DNA of 64,000 nucleotides from Muribaculaceae bacterium (GTDB lineage Bacteria > Bacteroidota > Bacteroidia > Bacteroidales > Muribaculaceae): contig JBJEDF010000051.1 of NCBI GenBank assembly GCA_051871765.1, positions 16,466-80,465 on the forward strand, in the 5' to 3' direction. Position numbers and translations under genes: made by a program. The notes below the pieces were generated by a model. That model did not search any database. It saw only the letters and a program-made list of their open reading frames with translations, and was not told the origin of the DNA. The stretch's first letter is position 1, and every line of letters begins with the position of its first letter. Positions 21,766-32,766 of this stretch are shown piece by piece.

Positions 21766-24102
21766 ATGAAAAATCTCGTAATAGTGGAGTCGCCGGCTAA
21801 GGCGAAGACGATAGAAAAGTTTTTGGGCCCTGACTATAAAGTAATGTCGAGCTACGGGCATATTCGCGACTTGCGCAAGAAAAACTTCAGCATCGACATA
21901 GACCATGGCTTTAGCCCTATTTACGAGATACCCGAAGACAAGGAGCATGTGGTGAGCGAGCTGCGCAAGGCAGCCTCCAAGGCCGATATGGTGTGGCTCG
22001 CTTCCGATGAAGACCGCGAGGGAGAGGCCATAGCATGGCACCTGTATGAAGTGCTCGGGCTAAAGCCCCGGACCACGCGACGCATCGTGTTTCACGAAAT
22101 CACCAAGCCCGCCATCCTCCACGCCATCAGCAACCCGCGAGGCATAGATATGGGGCGCGTAGATGCCCAGCAGGCCCGGCGCGTGCTCGACCGCATCGTG
22201 GGATTTGAGCTCTCGCCCGTGCTGTGGAAGAAAATCAAGCCCTCACTCTCGGCCGGCCGTGTGCAGTCAGTGGCCGTGCGCCTCATCTGTGAGCGCGAAA
22301 ACGAGATACGCTCCTTTGTGAGCTCGCCTTACTATCGTGTCAGCGCCACGCTGGCATCCGGCGGCCAGCCCTTCCGCGCCGAGCTGTCGGCACGCCTGGC
22401 CGACAAGGCCGCCGCACACAAATTCCTGAGCGACTGCCACGGAGCTACGCTCACCGTGGGCGATGTCACCGTGCGCCCGATCAAGAAATCGCCGGCGCCG
22501 CCTTTCACCACCTCCACCCTGCAGCAGGAGGCCTCGCGAAAGCTCGGATTTACCGTGGCGCAGACCATGATGGTGGCCCAGCGCCTGTACGAAGCCGGAC
22601 ATATCACATATATGCGTACCGACTCGCTCAACCTCTCGGCCATGGCCATCAGCGCCATCAAAGAGAAGATACGCACCGACATGGGCGAGCGATACATCAA
22701 AGTGCGCAACTATCACACCACCTCAAAGGGCGCCCAGGAGGCCCACGAGGCCATACGCCCCACTTACTTTGACCACGCCACGCTCGACGAAGGCACCATG
22801 CAGGAGAAGCGCCTCTATTCGCTGATCTACAAGCGCGCAATGGCCTCGCAGATGGCCGATGCCGAGATTGAGAAGACCACCGCCGAGGTGGCCATCTCAT
22901 CGCGCAACGAGCACTTCACCGCCACCGGCGAGGTCATCAAGTTTGACGGCTTCCTCAAAGTATATATCGAGGGGCACGACGACGACACCACTGCCGATGC
23001 CGACACCTCAATATTGCCACCGCTCGCTGCCGGCGACATCGTCACGGCCGACACCATCACCGCCACTGAGCGTTTCACACAGCAGCCGCCGCGTTACACC
23101 GAGGCTTCGCTGGTCAAGAAACTCGAAGAGCTGGGAATAGGCCGCCCTTCGACCTACGCCCCAACTATATCCACCATACAGCAGCGCGAATATATCGAGA
23201 AAGGCGTGCACGAAGGCGTCAAGCGCGAGTTCTGCGAGCTCGCGTTGCAGCCCTCCGGCGCCATCACCGAGGCCCAACGCTCTGAGCTGGTGGGCTCGGA
23301 CAAGGGCAAGCTGATACCCACCGACACCGGCATGGTGGTCAACGAGTTCCTTACGCGCTATTTCCCGAAAATACTCGATTACAACTTCACCGCCAATATC
23401 GAGGAGAAGTTTGACGCCATCGCCGAAGGCGCTCTCCCCTGGGCTGATGAAATACGCCTCTTCTACAACAACTTCCACCCCGATGTGGAGAATGCCAAGA
23501 ACATGCGCCTCGAGCACCGTGTGGGCGAGCGTCAGCTGGGCGTGGACCCCAAGACAGGCCAGCCCGTGTCAGTCAAGATAGGCCGTTTCGGCCCATTGGT
23601 GCAGATAGGCACCGGCGATGGCGACCAAAAGCCGCGCTTTGCTTCACTCCTCAAAGGCCAGTCGATGTCAGAGATTACCCTCGATGAGGCGCTGCGCCTG
23701 TTTGACTTCCCTCGCGTAATCGGTGAGTATGAGGGCAAGGACCTCACGGTGGGCATAGGCCGTTTTGGCCCCTATGTGCGCCATGACGGCAAGTATGTGT
23801 CTATCCCCAAGACCATGGAGCCCGCTGCCGTCACCGCCGATGAGGCCATAGAGCTAATACGCGAAAAGCGCGATGCCGAGGCCAAAAAGGTGGTCAAGAC
23901 CTTTGCCGAGGATGCCGATGTGCAGATCCTTAATGGCCGGTATGGCGTGTATATTGCCGCACACGGCGCCAACTATAAGCTGCCGCGTGGCATCGCCGAC
24001 CCCGCAGCCCTCTCGTTTGAGGAGGTGATGCAGATCGTTGACAAGCAAGCCGCGGCTGCAAAGGACACCCCCAAACGCAGCGCTGCTCGCCGCAAGAAAT
24101 AA
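21766..24102 (+). CDS. topA: Type IA DNA topoisomerase I
   Basis: VESPAKAK, DEDREGE, SAGRVQ, catalytic ITYMRTD and C-terminal GRFGP repeats. Confidence 0.98.
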   Translation: MKNLVIVESPAKAKTIEKFLGPDYKVMSSYGHIRDLRKKNFSIDIDHGFSPIYEIPEDKEHVVSELRKAASKADMVWLASDEDREGEAIAWHLYEVLGLKPRTTRRIVFHEITKPAILHAISNPRGIDMGRVDAQQARRVLDRIVGFELSPVLWKKIKPSLSAGRVQSVAVRLICERENEIRSFVSSPYYRVSATLASGGQPFRAELSARLADKAAAHKFLSDCHGATLTVGDVTVRPIKKSPAPPFTTSTLQQEASRKLGFTVAQTMMVAQRLYEAGHITYMRTDSLNLSAMAISAIKEKIRTDMGERYIKVRNYHTTSKGAQEAHEAIRPTYFDHATLDEGTMQEKRLYSLIYKRAMASQMADAEIEKTTAEVAISSRNEHFTATGEVIKFDGFLKVYIEGHDDDTTADADTSILPPLAAGDIVTADTITATERFTQQPPRYTEASLVKKLEELGIGRPSTYAPTISTIQQREYIEKGVHEGVKREFCELALQPSGAITEAQRSELVGSDKGKLIPTDTGMVVNEFLTRYFPKILDYNFTANIEEKFDAIAEGALPWADEIRLFYNNFHPDVENAKNMRLEHRVGERQLGVDPKTGQPVSVKIGRFGPLVQIGTGDGDQKPRFASLLKGQSMSEITLDEALRLFDFPRVIGEYEGKDLTVGIGRFGPYVRHDGKYVSIPKTMEPAAVTADEAIELIREKRDAEAKKVVKTFAEDADVQILNGRYGVYIAAHGANYKLPRGIADPAALSFEEVMQIVDKQAAAAKDTPKRSAARRKK

Positions 24103-24144
24103 GATTGCCTATTACCCACACTCCATCACGCCCTTCTCCACCAT

Positions 24145-25074
24145 ATGGCCTACAAATCCAGACCCACCAAGCCCGGAGCCGAGCGCTCAGGCGTTAAGCC
24201 CGATGTTATCATCACATACGTCGTGGCTCAAGGCACTCAGAGCGGCCTCCTCGACTATCTCTACGCTATGATGCCCGAGCGCAAGCGCACCACGGTCAAG
24301 GATTACTTGCGCCACAATCAGGTGATGGTCAATGACAATATTACACACCGATGGGACATGCCCCTGAGCGGTGGCGAAACCATCAAGATCAACACCTCGC
24401 GCGAGTGGCAGATTTTCAGCAACCCGCGCCTGAGCATCGTGTACGAAGACGATGACATCATCGTGGTCAACAAGGGCTATGGACTCCTCTCCATGGGCAC
24501 CGACACCAAGCGCGAGGGCACAGCTTACTCTTTGCTGCGCGATTGGGTCAAGCGCAATGACCCCCGTGCCAAGCTATTCATCGTGCACCGCCTTGACCAG
24601 ACCACTTCGGGCCTGATGATGTTTGCCAAGACGCTCCAAGCCAAAGAGGCGATGCAGTATAATTGGAACAATATGGTGCTCGAGCGGCGATATGTGGCTG
24701 TCATTGAGGGCGCTTTAGAGCCAGCCGAGGGCACCATACGCAGCTACCTGGCCGAGAACGCTGCCCACGAGATGTATTCAGTGACCGACCCTCAGGCCGG
24801 TCAGCTCGCCATCACCGACTATAAGACTCTGAAAGCTCGCGGCGCTTTCTCGCTGGTGGAGCTGCAGCTCGCCACAGGTCGCAAAAACCAGATACGTGTG
24901 CACATGAAGGAGGCCGGACACCCCATCGTGGGCGACCGCCGTTATGGCGCGCACTCATCGCCCATACGGCGAGTGGCTCTCCACGCCATGACGCTGCGCT
25001 TTGTGCACCCCACCACCCGCCGCGATATGAATTTCTCTACACCGATACCCGCCAATTTCTTGCGTCTGGTGTGA
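24145..25074 (+). CDS. RluA-family pseudouridine synthase
   Basis: VVNK, catalytic HRLD, TGRKNQIRVH, PIVGD and LHA. Confidence 0.93.
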   Translation: MAYKSRPTKPGAERSGVKPDVIITYVVAQGTQSGLLDYLYAMMPERKRTTVKDYLRHNQVMVNDNITHRWDMPLSGGETIKINTSREWQIFSNPRLSIVYEDDDIIVVNKGYGLLSMGTDTKREGTAYSLLRDWVKRNDPRAKLFIVHRLDQTTSGLMMFAKTLQAKEAMQYNWNNMVLERRYVAVIEGALEPAEGTIRSYLAENAAHEMYSVTDPQAGQLAITDYKTLKARGAFSLVELQLATGRKNQIRVHMKEAGHPIVGDRRYGAHSSPIRRVALHAMTLRFVHPTTRRDMNFSTPIPANFLRLV

Positions 25075-25107
25075 CCCTTTGCCGCCACCTTTTAGCCCCC
25101 GATAGCC

Positions 25108-26391
25108 ATGGAGAAGATTATGCAATATGTGTGGCAACATCGGCTGTGGCTGCAGCATGATTTAGCCACCGTCGATGGCCGGCGTGTGCGTGTCATTGAC
25201 CAAGGGCTGCTCAACAACGATGCCGGCCCGGATTTCTTCAATGCTAAAATCATCATCGGCGACAACACTTGGGTGGGCAATGTGGAGATACATGTCAAGG
25301 CCTCTGACTGGTATGCCCATCATCACGACACTGACCCGGCCTACAATAATGTGGTGCTGCATGTGGTGGGAAAAGACGATGCTCGCGCTTATCGCCCCGA
25401 TGGCGAGGAGATAGCGCAGATGCTGCTGCCCTGCGCTGCCGACTTTGGCGAGCGTTATCGCCGCATGGTGTCAGACCGCTCTGCGGCTTTGCCATGCCTG
25501 CCACGCCTGCGCGATATACCGCAGATTTATATCACCGACTGGATTTCTACACTGGGCTTTGAGCGAATATATGCCAAGGTAGATCGCGTGATGTCAGTGG
25601 TGGAGCGTGTGGGCGGCGACTGGCAGGCCGCTGCCTACGTGACGCTGGCGCGTGCCTTAGGCTTCAGCATCAACAATGATGCCTTCGAGCGCCTGGCGCT
25701 GGCCACGCCGCTCAAGGTGCTGCTCCATAACCGCAGCGATGCCACGGCGGTGGAGGGCATACTCTTCGGCCAAGCGGGATTTCTTGACACCACTACGGTC
25801 ACTGACCGAGACTATGTGAGCCGGCTACGCGAGCAATACACCTTCCTTGCCGCAAAATACGGCCTGCAGCGACCGCAATCGCTGGGCTGGAAAATGGCAC
25901 GAATGCGCCCTCCCACATTCCCTCATCGCCGTCTGGCGGCGCTGGCTGCTATGATAGCCGATGACTTTGACATAGCCCGGCGCATCTTTGCCATCGATAG
26001 CATCGACAGCGCCCGTGCCCTGTTTGATATCACCCTCAAGGGTTATTGGGCCAATCACTGCAATTTCAGCGGTGCCTACACCTCGGCATCCACCGCCTTC
26101 GGCCGCCTATCGGTGGATATCCTGCTCATCAATGTGGTGGTGCCGCTGCTCTATGCTTACGGCACACGCTACGGGTCGGCGGCGCAGCGCGATGCTGCGG
26201 TAGATGTGCTTTATAAGCTGCAGCCCGAGAGCAATAGTATAGTAAATCTCTTTGTCGGTGCGGGCATCAGCTGCCCCGATGCCTTTACCTCGCAGGCCCT
26301 CATAGAGCTGCGCCGCAGCTACTGCGATGCCCGCAAGTGTCTGTACTGCCGCATAGGCCACCGGCTCTTGGCGCTCAATGCCCGACCATGA
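25108..26391 (+). CDS. DUF2851-family protein
   Basis: GPDFFNA, GNVEIH, HHHDTDPAYNNVVLHVV and C-terminal YC...CLYCRIG. Confidence 0.85.
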   Translation: MEKIMQYVWQHRLWLQHDLATVDGRRVRVIDQGLLNNDAGPDFFNAKIIIGDNTWVGNVEIHVKASDWYAHHHDTDPAYNNVVLHVVGKDDARAYRPDGEEIAQMLLPCAADFGERYRRMVSDRSAALPCLPRLRDIPQIYITDWISTLGFERIYAKVDRVMSVVERVGGDWQAAAYVTLARALGFSINNDAFERLALATPLKVLLHNRSDATAVEGILFGQAGFLDTTTVTDRDYVSRLREQYTFLAAKYGLQRPQSLGWKMARMRPPTFPHRRLAALAAMIADDFDIARRIFAIDSIDSARALFDITLKGYWANHCNFSGAYTSASTAFGRLSVDILLINVVVPLLYAYGTRYGSAAQRDAAVDVLYKLQPESNSIVNLFVGAGISCPDAFTSQALIELRRSYCDARKCLYCRIGHRLLALNARP

Positions 26392-26417
26392 CCTCAGCCT
26401 GCCGGCTCCATATATAA

Positions 26418-27272
26418 TCAGAAATCGCTGAAGAGGTTGGGCTTAAACACGATGCCCAGGCGCAGCTGCGATGTGTGTTTCTTATAATCAAGGAGGCCCT
26501 CGCCGTAGCCATTGTAATATTGGGCATAGAAGTACCAGTTGTACTTGGTGGAGAAGCGGTATGCAAAGTCTAATATCACATTATAGTTGAGCTTCCAGCC
26601 CTTGCGCTTGACCAGAGTGACCGAGCTTGTGAACTTGCGGTTGTCAGTCATAGCCTGAAGCCCCACCTGATATATGCCGCAATATTTGAGGATATCATCG
26701 TTGTTCTCGCCATCAATGATGGGTATCCACACCTTGCCATGAACCATGATATTGGGGTCGATGATGATATTTGCGGCGAGCGAAATCTTATTCCATGAGC
26801 GTGACTGTATGCTGTCGCGGCCGTTGCTCTCGTGCTCCACTAACAGCGCCACCTTGCCCACATATCTGTTTTTTATAAAAAGTGGTTTGGTGAGGCCTAT
26901 GCCCGGATTAAAGTTCAGGTCGGTCATCGGCATTGAGTTCTCCAGAATGTTCCAGAACACCTTCTGCGTGTAAAAAAGATGCAGATATGTGCCGAAAGGC
27001 AGAGTGGCATTGGTCAGACGCACTCCCAGAGAGATCTGAAACTTGATGTTGGTGTTGCTCGCCGTGGGCTTATGGCCTATCGGGGGGCCGAAGATAAAAT
27101 AGTTGTCTTTGTAAAGGCCGAAATACGGCTGGTCGCGAAAATCCCGGCGTATGCTGTCGGCATCAAACTTTGAGTAATAGTCTGACACTATCTGCGACAA
27201 GGCCGCCGGAGCCATAGTCACTGCCAAGACTATTGCCAATAATATACGCTTAAAAGGTGTCATGCCTGTCAT
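26418..27272 (-). CDS. pldA: Outer-membrane phospholipase A
   Basis: KFQIS, catalytic HESNG...SRSWN and GYGEGLLDY. Confidence 0.9.
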   Translation of the reverse strand: MTGMTPFKRILLAIVLAVTMAPAALSQIVSDYYSKFDADSIRRDFRDQPYFGLYKDNYFIFGPPIGHKPTASNTNIKFQISLGVRLTNATLPFGTYLHLFYTQKVFWNILENSMPMTDLNFNPGIGLTKPLFIKNRYVGKVALLVEHESNGRDSIQSRSWNKISLAANIIIDPNIMVHGKVWIPIIDGENNDDILKYCGIYQVGLQAMTDNRKFTSSVTLVKRKGWKLNYNVILDFAYRFSTKYNWYFYAQYYNGYGEGLLDYKKHTSQLRLGIVFKPNLFSDF

Positions 27273-27477
27273 GCCTGGTAATGTCGCGTTTGACTGTGCA
27301 AAGTTAGCAATTTAGCGCCAATTATTTATGCCCTACGCCCCTATTTCCGACCTATTTCCGACATTTAGGCCAACTTTTCACCCTAAATGGCTAAAAGCGC
27401 GCTCAGCCGCTTGTGGCGAAAGATGATTTTGCGGGGTGGGGATTTTTGGCTAACTTTGCAGTGCGCAACTCTCTCAG

Positions 27478-28410
27478 ATGAATATCACATTATTAAGACA
27501 GAATTTAAAGCCATGGATGTTGCCGCTGGCTATGCTCTGCGGCGTGCTGTTTCATGAGGCGATAGATGCGGTGCAGTTTATGGCGCCCTATCTGATTTTC
27601 ACGATGTTGCTTATAACATTCTGCAAGGTCAGCCCTCACGAGTTTCGCATCACGCGCCTGACGTGGCTGCTGCTGGCGGTGCAGATACCGGGCGCGGTGG
27701 CTGTATATTTGGCGTTGCACCCCATTGATGAGGCTGTGGCTCAGGGCGCTGCGATATGCGTGCTGTGTCCCACGGCGACGGCGGCGCCGGTGATCACGGG
27801 TATGCTGGGCGGCAGTGTGGCGCGCCTGGCCACCTTCTCCATCGTCAGCAATGCCGCCGTGGCGCTCTCTGCGCCATTGTTATTTGCTGCCGTGGGCGAG
27901 GGCGCCGGCCACCCCGATTTCGCTTCCACCTTTGCTCGTATTGCCACACATGTGGGGCCTATGATACTGCTACCGCTGGCGGCGGCCTTTGTGCTGCGTG
28001 CCGCTTTGCCTAAGGTCCATAGCGCTATAGCGTCGCGTCAGAGCCTCTCGTTTTATCTGTGGGCGGTGTCGCTCATCATCGTGGTGGGGCGTGCCGTCAG
28101 CTTTGTCATGAGCGAGCCGGCGGGGCGCGTGCCCTTAATGCTGGCGATAGCGGCAGCTGCGCTGGTGGTGTGCTGCACCCAGTTTGTGGTGGGGCGCAAG
28201 ATCGGCAGGCGTTGCGGCGACAAGATTGCCGGCGCGCAAGGGCTCGGGCAGAAGAACACCGTGCTCGCTATCTGGATGGCGCTAACCTACCTTGACCCCA
28301 TCGCCTCAGTGGGCCCGGCGGCGTATGTGGCGTGGCAGAACACTATCAATTCGGCACAGCTCTATATCAAAGCCAAGAGAGACCGGGCTGCAGCCAATCA
28401 TCACAACTAA
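27478..28410 (+). CDS. Bile acid:sodium symporter-like transporter
   Basis: About 9-10 TM segments with CPTATAA and GQKNT motifs. TAACTTTG promoter box at 27451-27458. Confidence 0.8.
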   Translation: MNITLLRQNLKPWMLPLAMLCGVLFHEAIDAVQFMAPYLIFTMLLITFCKVSPHEFRITRLTWLLLAVQIPGAVAVYLALHPIDEAVAQGAAICVLCPTATAAPVITGMLGGSVARLATFSIVSNAAVALSAPLLFAAVGEGAGHPDFASTFARIATHVGPMILLPLAAAFVLRAALPKVHSAIASRQSLSFYLWAVSLIIVVGRAVSFVMSEPAGRVPLMLAIAAAALVVCCTQFVVGRKIGRRCGDKIAGAQGLGQKNTVLAIWMALTYLDPIASVGPAAYVAWQNTINSAQLYIKAKRDRAAANHHN

Positions 28411-28437
28411 TGCACAAAGCACCAATTTGTTATCACA

Positions 28438-29112
28438 ATGAGCACAATGTTTGACACCCTGATGAGCATGCCGCTGCTGAGCGGCATCAGCCGCGAACGT
28501 CTGGCGCAGGCCCTCAGCTCGGTGAAGCTGCAATTCTGCAAGTATGCCGATGGCGAGAGCATCGTCAGCGTCGGCGACCAATGCGACAGCGCCACGCTGC
28601 TGATATCGGGCCTTGCGCGTGTGTCTATCATCAGCGAGGTGTCGCACTTTGAGCTGCAATTCACCCTCGGCGCCCCTGACGCTCTGCTGCCCGAGTATAT
28701 CTTCGGGCGCGCCGTCAGCCAGCCCGCCGAGATTAAGGCGATAGGAGAGGTGAGTGTGCTGCGTATCGCCAAGACTGACTATCTGTCGCTGCTGCAGAGC
28801 GACCCCGTGTTTGTGCTGAATATGCTCAACATACTCTCGCTCAAGTCGCAGCACGCCTTTGAGGGGGTGCTCGCCATCAGCGGCAGCAGCCTGGCGCGTC
28901 GCATAGCCTTGTGGGTCACGGCGCTGACGCCGCTGCGTGCCACTGACATCAGGCTGCACTGCGCCGCCAATATTAGCGAGGCCTTCGGTGTGGCTCCGGA
29001 GGTGATGCATGGCGTGCTGACACAGATGCAAGCCGACGGCCACATCACATCATACAGCGACGATGAGCTCACCGTCGCTGACCGCCGCAGCATCTTGCCT
29101 CTGCTCAGATAG
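28438..29112 (+). CDS. Crp/Fnr-family transcriptional regulator (divergent)
   Basis: cNMP-binding-like N-domain (GESIVSVGD...LISG...PEYIFG) and a C-terminal HTH (ISEAFGV...LTQMQADGHI). Confidence 0.75.
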   Translation: MSTMFDTLMSMPLLSGISRERLAQALSSVKLQFCKYADGESIVSVGDQCDSATLLISGLARVSIISEVSHFELQFTLGAPDALLPEYIFGRAVSQPAEIKAIGEVSVLRIAKTDYLSLLQSDPVFVLNMLNILSLKSQHAFEGVLAISGSSLARRIALWVTALTPLRATDIRLHCAANISEAFGVAPEVMHGVLTQMQADGHITSYSDDELTVADRRSILPLLR

Positions 29113-29183
29113 CAGGGCTGCCGCGCGGCGTAATATATCAATCAAACTATATGTGTGAAGGGTGGGGGCATGGGGCGCCATCC

Positions 29184-31214
29184 TTAGTAGCGGTCGTTGC
29201 CGTTGGCGCGCTGCAAGCCGCCCATGCGGCCGCTCAGCGGGTTGCTGTTGCCTCCGGTGTTGCGGCGGTTGGTGCCGTTGAAGTCATTGAAATCATCATA
29301 TTCGCTGTCAAAGCCGTCGCCCTCTTCATCTTCTTGCGGAGCACGCTCGCCGCGTTTGAGTTTGGGCTTATTCTTCTTGATAGCGTAAGGCTTCTGTGCA
29401 TCGATGGGCAGCGCATAGATATTCCATGATTGCTCCACATCCCAGTTGCCCTTGAGGTCAATGCGCTTGTCATAGTAATACACCTCCTCGGGCTGTAGCC
29501 CGTCGAGCAGCTTGCCGGTGTCCCACTTGCCATTGCCGTTGGCGTCGATAAAGAGGCGCGCATAATACTTGCCCGGGGCAAGATATTTCATCAGCGCCGT
29601 GCCGTCGGGGCCTACTGTGGCTCGCGCCACCGCCTCATCAGCCGTGGAGAGCAGCTCCACCACCGCCGGCAGGGTGTCAAGCCCCGTGATGGTAAATCGC
29701 AGCGACGAATAGTCCTCGAGCTTCTTGACCGTAAACTCCTGGCGGAAAGGCTTGTTGTGCTCGCCGTAAAGCCCCACCACGGCCGCCGAGTCTATTTCGA
29801 GGCGATATTTCTGGCCCGGCTGCCATTTGACGTCAAACACACGCCGCGTCAGGGGCTTGAGCGAGTCAGTCAGCGGCACTGCGCCGGCCACCGGTGTCCA
29901 GATTGTGTCCACGAGCATTGACATCTTCACCGCCATTGTGTCAATCGCCACGATGGGCTGATCCACTTCAATGGTGAGCGGCTTGTGCACATCGAGGGAG
30001 ACAGATGCCAGTGAGCGCACGTTGAGAAATGTCAGCTCCACCGAGTCAGTGAGTGTGGAGTCATTGTCAGCGTGTTTTTTCTTCTCCTTCTTTTTCTTGG
30101 TGGTATCGCGGAAGAATAGTCGCAGAGTGTCAGATGTCCACTTGAGATGCTCGGCTGAGTCGAGGCGCTGATATTTGACGGCGAGGCGCAGCGAGTCGGC
30201 CTGTGGCAATATCTCCGGCTTGAGCCATAGCTGCAGGGTGTCGGCGCCGGCATTGATTTCGGGCATAGACCACAGCTCGGCGCTCTGCCCGGCTATGGCG
30301 CCATCGACGCCCGTTATCACCACGCCCGAGTCGTTGGGCGTAGCAAAATTGAGTGTCACCCGGCGGCGGTCGGCGCGAGCATAGTCTTTGAGGTAGGGCG
30401 CCACATAGTTTTCGTTGAACCACGTGAGCAGCACATCGTTGGGGAGGTATCTCACTCCCCGGCGCCCCACTATGGAGTCAGAGCCATCGGCGGCGCGCAG
30501 CGTGTCGCTGATTTCTATGGGCTCGGCCGTGGGAGTGACGGTATAGTCGCAAAAAGCCACGTCCTCGGAGCGATCCCAGTGGTAGTCGCGGTTGAGGTCG
30601 TTGAGGGCATATATGCGGTATGTGCCGGGCTTGAGGTTGCGGATGGTGAATTGGCCGTATTGGTTGGTGCGAGCGATGCGCTCCAGCGGCAATGTTGAGA
30701 TAGCGGTGTCAGCGAGGTTTGAGTATATGCCCACGAGCATCGCCTGCGCCGGCTCGAGGTTCTGCGCCTGCAGCACCATGCCGGCGATGCGCAGCGTGTC
30801 AATGGTGGGGCCGGTGGAGAAGTCCAGCGCAAAGCCATCGAGGATATTGCCTTCGTTGAGGTCCTTGATGGCATCGCTAAAGTCGATAGTGTATGTGGTG
30901 CTGTCAATGAGCGTGTCGCGGAAGAGCACCGTCACTCGCTTGCCGTTGGCCGTGACGGCGGCGGGCTGTATCTGCACCGGCGAGATGATGACCTTGTTGA
31001 AGGCATCCTCCAGCTGCACATTCTCGTCAAAGAAAGCCACCAGGCGCCCCTTGGTGACATTGAGCGAGCCGGGCGCCGGCTCTGACCGCACAAACACCGG
31101 AGGCAGCTCGTCGCGAGGGCCGCCCTCCGGTCGTGAGATTGAGGCGCACGCCGTCAGCAGCGCCGCTGCGATGAGCGCCATCAGTAGGTGCATCGGTGTA
31201 TAGTGCCGTCTCAT
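29184..31214 (-). CDS. Ig-like-domain lipoprotein (Big_5-type N-terminus)
   Basis: Lipobox LTAC, PEGGPRD.PP, STTYTIDF and DANGNGKWDTG. The start is placed at 31214 because a TACCTTTG promoter box lies at 31223-31230. Confidence 0.8.
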   Translation of the reverse strand: MRRHYTPMHLLMALIAAALLTACASISRPEGGPRDELPPVFVRSEPAPGSLNVTKGRLVAFFDENVQLEDAFNKVIISPVQIQPAAVTANGKRVTVLFRDTLIDSTTYTIDFSDAIKDLNEGNILDGFALDFSTGPTIDTLRIAGMVLQAQNLEPAQAMLVGIYSNLADTAISTLPLERIARTNQYGQFTIRNLKPGTYRIYALNDLNRDYHWDRSEDVAFCDYTVTPTAEPIEISDTLRAADGSDSIVGRRGVRYLPNDVLLTWFNENYVAPYLKDYARADRRRVTLNFATPNDSGVVITGVDGAIAGQSAELWSMPEINAGADTLQLWLKPEILPQADSLRLAVKYQRLDSAEHLKWTSDTLRLFFRDTTKKKKEKKKHADNDSTLTDSVELTFLNVRSLASVSLDVHKPLTIEVDQPIVAIDTMAVKMSMLVDTIWTPVAGAVPLTDSLKPLTRRVFDVKWQPGQKYRLEIDSAAVVGLYGEHNKPFRQEFTVKKLEDYSSLRFTITGLDTLPAVVELLSTADEAVARATVGPDGTALMKYLAPGKYYARLFIDANGNGKWDTGKLLDGLQPEEVYYYDKRIDLKGNWDVEQSWNIYALPIDAQKPYAIKKNKPKLKRGERAPQEDEEGDGFDSEYDDFNDFNGTNRRNTGGNSNPLSGRMGGLQRANGNDRY

Positions 31215-31278
31215 TTCGAGTGCAAAGGTACATATAAATCGCGACATTTATGCACCCACGGCCCAAAAAGTCGTCGCC

Positions 31279-32367
31279 TCAAAGGTATTTGTCGCCGTAG
31301 CTGAGGCGTGCATCGTTGACCATCTGCTTGATGCGCTGCTCCTGTGACTGCGGGCATATCAAGAGCACATCGCCGGCATCGGCCACGATATAGTCGGTGA
31401 GGCCATCTACGACCACGAGCTTGTCGCCACGCACTGCAAAGATATTGCCGGTGGCGTTATATGCGAGCACTTGGCAGTTTTGGGTGACGTTGCCGTCTTT
31501 GTTCTTGGGCGACATATCGTAGAGGGCGCTCCATGTGCCCAGGTCATTCCACCCAAACGACACCGCCTCCACATACACGTTGTGGGCCTTCTCCATCACC
31601 GCGTAGTCGATGCTGATGCTCATGCACGAGGCAAAACGCTGCTCGATAAAGGCGCGCTCGCCATCGGTGCCAAACACCTCAGAGCCTTCGTCAAAGACCA
31701 TTGCCACCTCGGGCGCATTCTCGTGAAGCGCGGCGATGATGGTGCGGGCGCGCCACAGGAAGATGCCGGAGTTCCACACAAACTCGCCGCAGGCCACAAA
31801 GGTCTTGGCGAGCTCCAGGTCGGGCTTCTCGGTGAACGTCTTCACCTTATGCACATCGCCGCTGACGGCTTCATCGACCTGGATATAGCCATAGCCTGTC
31901 TCCGGGCGCACCGGTTTGATGCCGAGCGTCAGCAGCGCGTCATGGGTCTCGACAAAATCGAAGCCGGCGCGCACACAGCGCTCAAACTCGGCCTCGCGGG
32001 TGATGAGATGGTCGCTGGGGGTCACGATGATTGAGGCCTCGGGGTCGATGGCCGCGATATGATAAGCGGCCCACGCTATGCACGGCGCCGTGTTGCGGCG
32101 CGCCGGCTCCAGCAGTATCTGCGCATCGGTGAGGTCGGGCAGCTGCTCGCGCACCTTGTCGGCATAGATGGCGTTGGTGAGGATTATCACATTCTCCTTG
32201 GGCACGATGGGCAGGATGCGGTCATAGCTCATCTGCAGCAGTGAGCGCCCGGTGCCTAAAAAGTCAATAAACTGCTTGGGGCAGTCGGTGCGTGAATATG
32301 GCCAGAAGCGGCTACCGATGCCGCCGCACATTATCACGCAATATCGATGGTGGTTGTCGTTATTCAT
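31279..32367 (-). CDS. manC: Mannose-1-phosphate guanylyltransferase
   Basis: GGIGSRFWP.SR...PKQF, EPARRNTAP, PSDH, FTEKP, WNSG and SIDYAVME. Confidence 0.93.
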   Translation of the reverse strand: MNNDNHHRYCVIMCGGIGSRFWPYSRTDCPKQFIDFLGTGRSLLQMSYDRILPIVPKENVIILTNAIYADKVREQLPDLTDAQILLEPARRNTAPCIAWAAYHIAAIDPEASIIVTPSDHLITREAEFERCVRAGFDFVETHDALLTLGIKPVRPETGYGYIQVDEAVSGDVHKVKTFTEKPDLELAKTFVACGEFVWNSGIFLWRARTIIAALHENAPEVAMVFDEGSEVFGTDGERAFIEQRFASCMSISIDYAVMEKAHNVYVEAVSFGWNDLGTWSALYDMSPKNKDGNVTQNCQVLAYNATGNIFAVRGDKLVVVDGLTDYIVADAGDVLLICPQSQEQRIKQMVNDARLSYGDKYL

Positions 32368-32766
32368 ATCAATTTGCTTAAGGTTAACGTAGGGCGGTCG
32401 CGCTTGCGAGGCACGCCCGCGGTGTTGATTTTCCGCGTGCTAAGATAGCATTTTTTTGGCAAGCGTCAAAACAATAATGCCCCCAAATCGCGCATTTGTG
32501 TTGTATAACACATATTTCCCGCCGGGCAGCATCGCCGCCATCGCTGCCATCGCCGCCTTGCCGCTCACATCAGGCCCATCTCGCCGCCATCGCCGGGTGA
32601 GGCGTAAGGGTAACAAATATGGTGTGATTTAACTCAATTTAACTTCACATTGTCGCTATTGTAATGCTTTTAGGCTTATCTTTGCAAAGATTTCAGAGTT
32701 TTCACGACCAATCTATATGTGTCATCTATTCTTTTACCCACTTTTCTAAAGATTTTACCCCCATTT

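Noticed and set aside
32528-32595. Repeated CATCGCCGC-like 9-mers in the manC/secreted-protein spacer
   Set aside because: Short, degenerate, low-complexity and without unique spacers; not a CRISPR array or iteron set.
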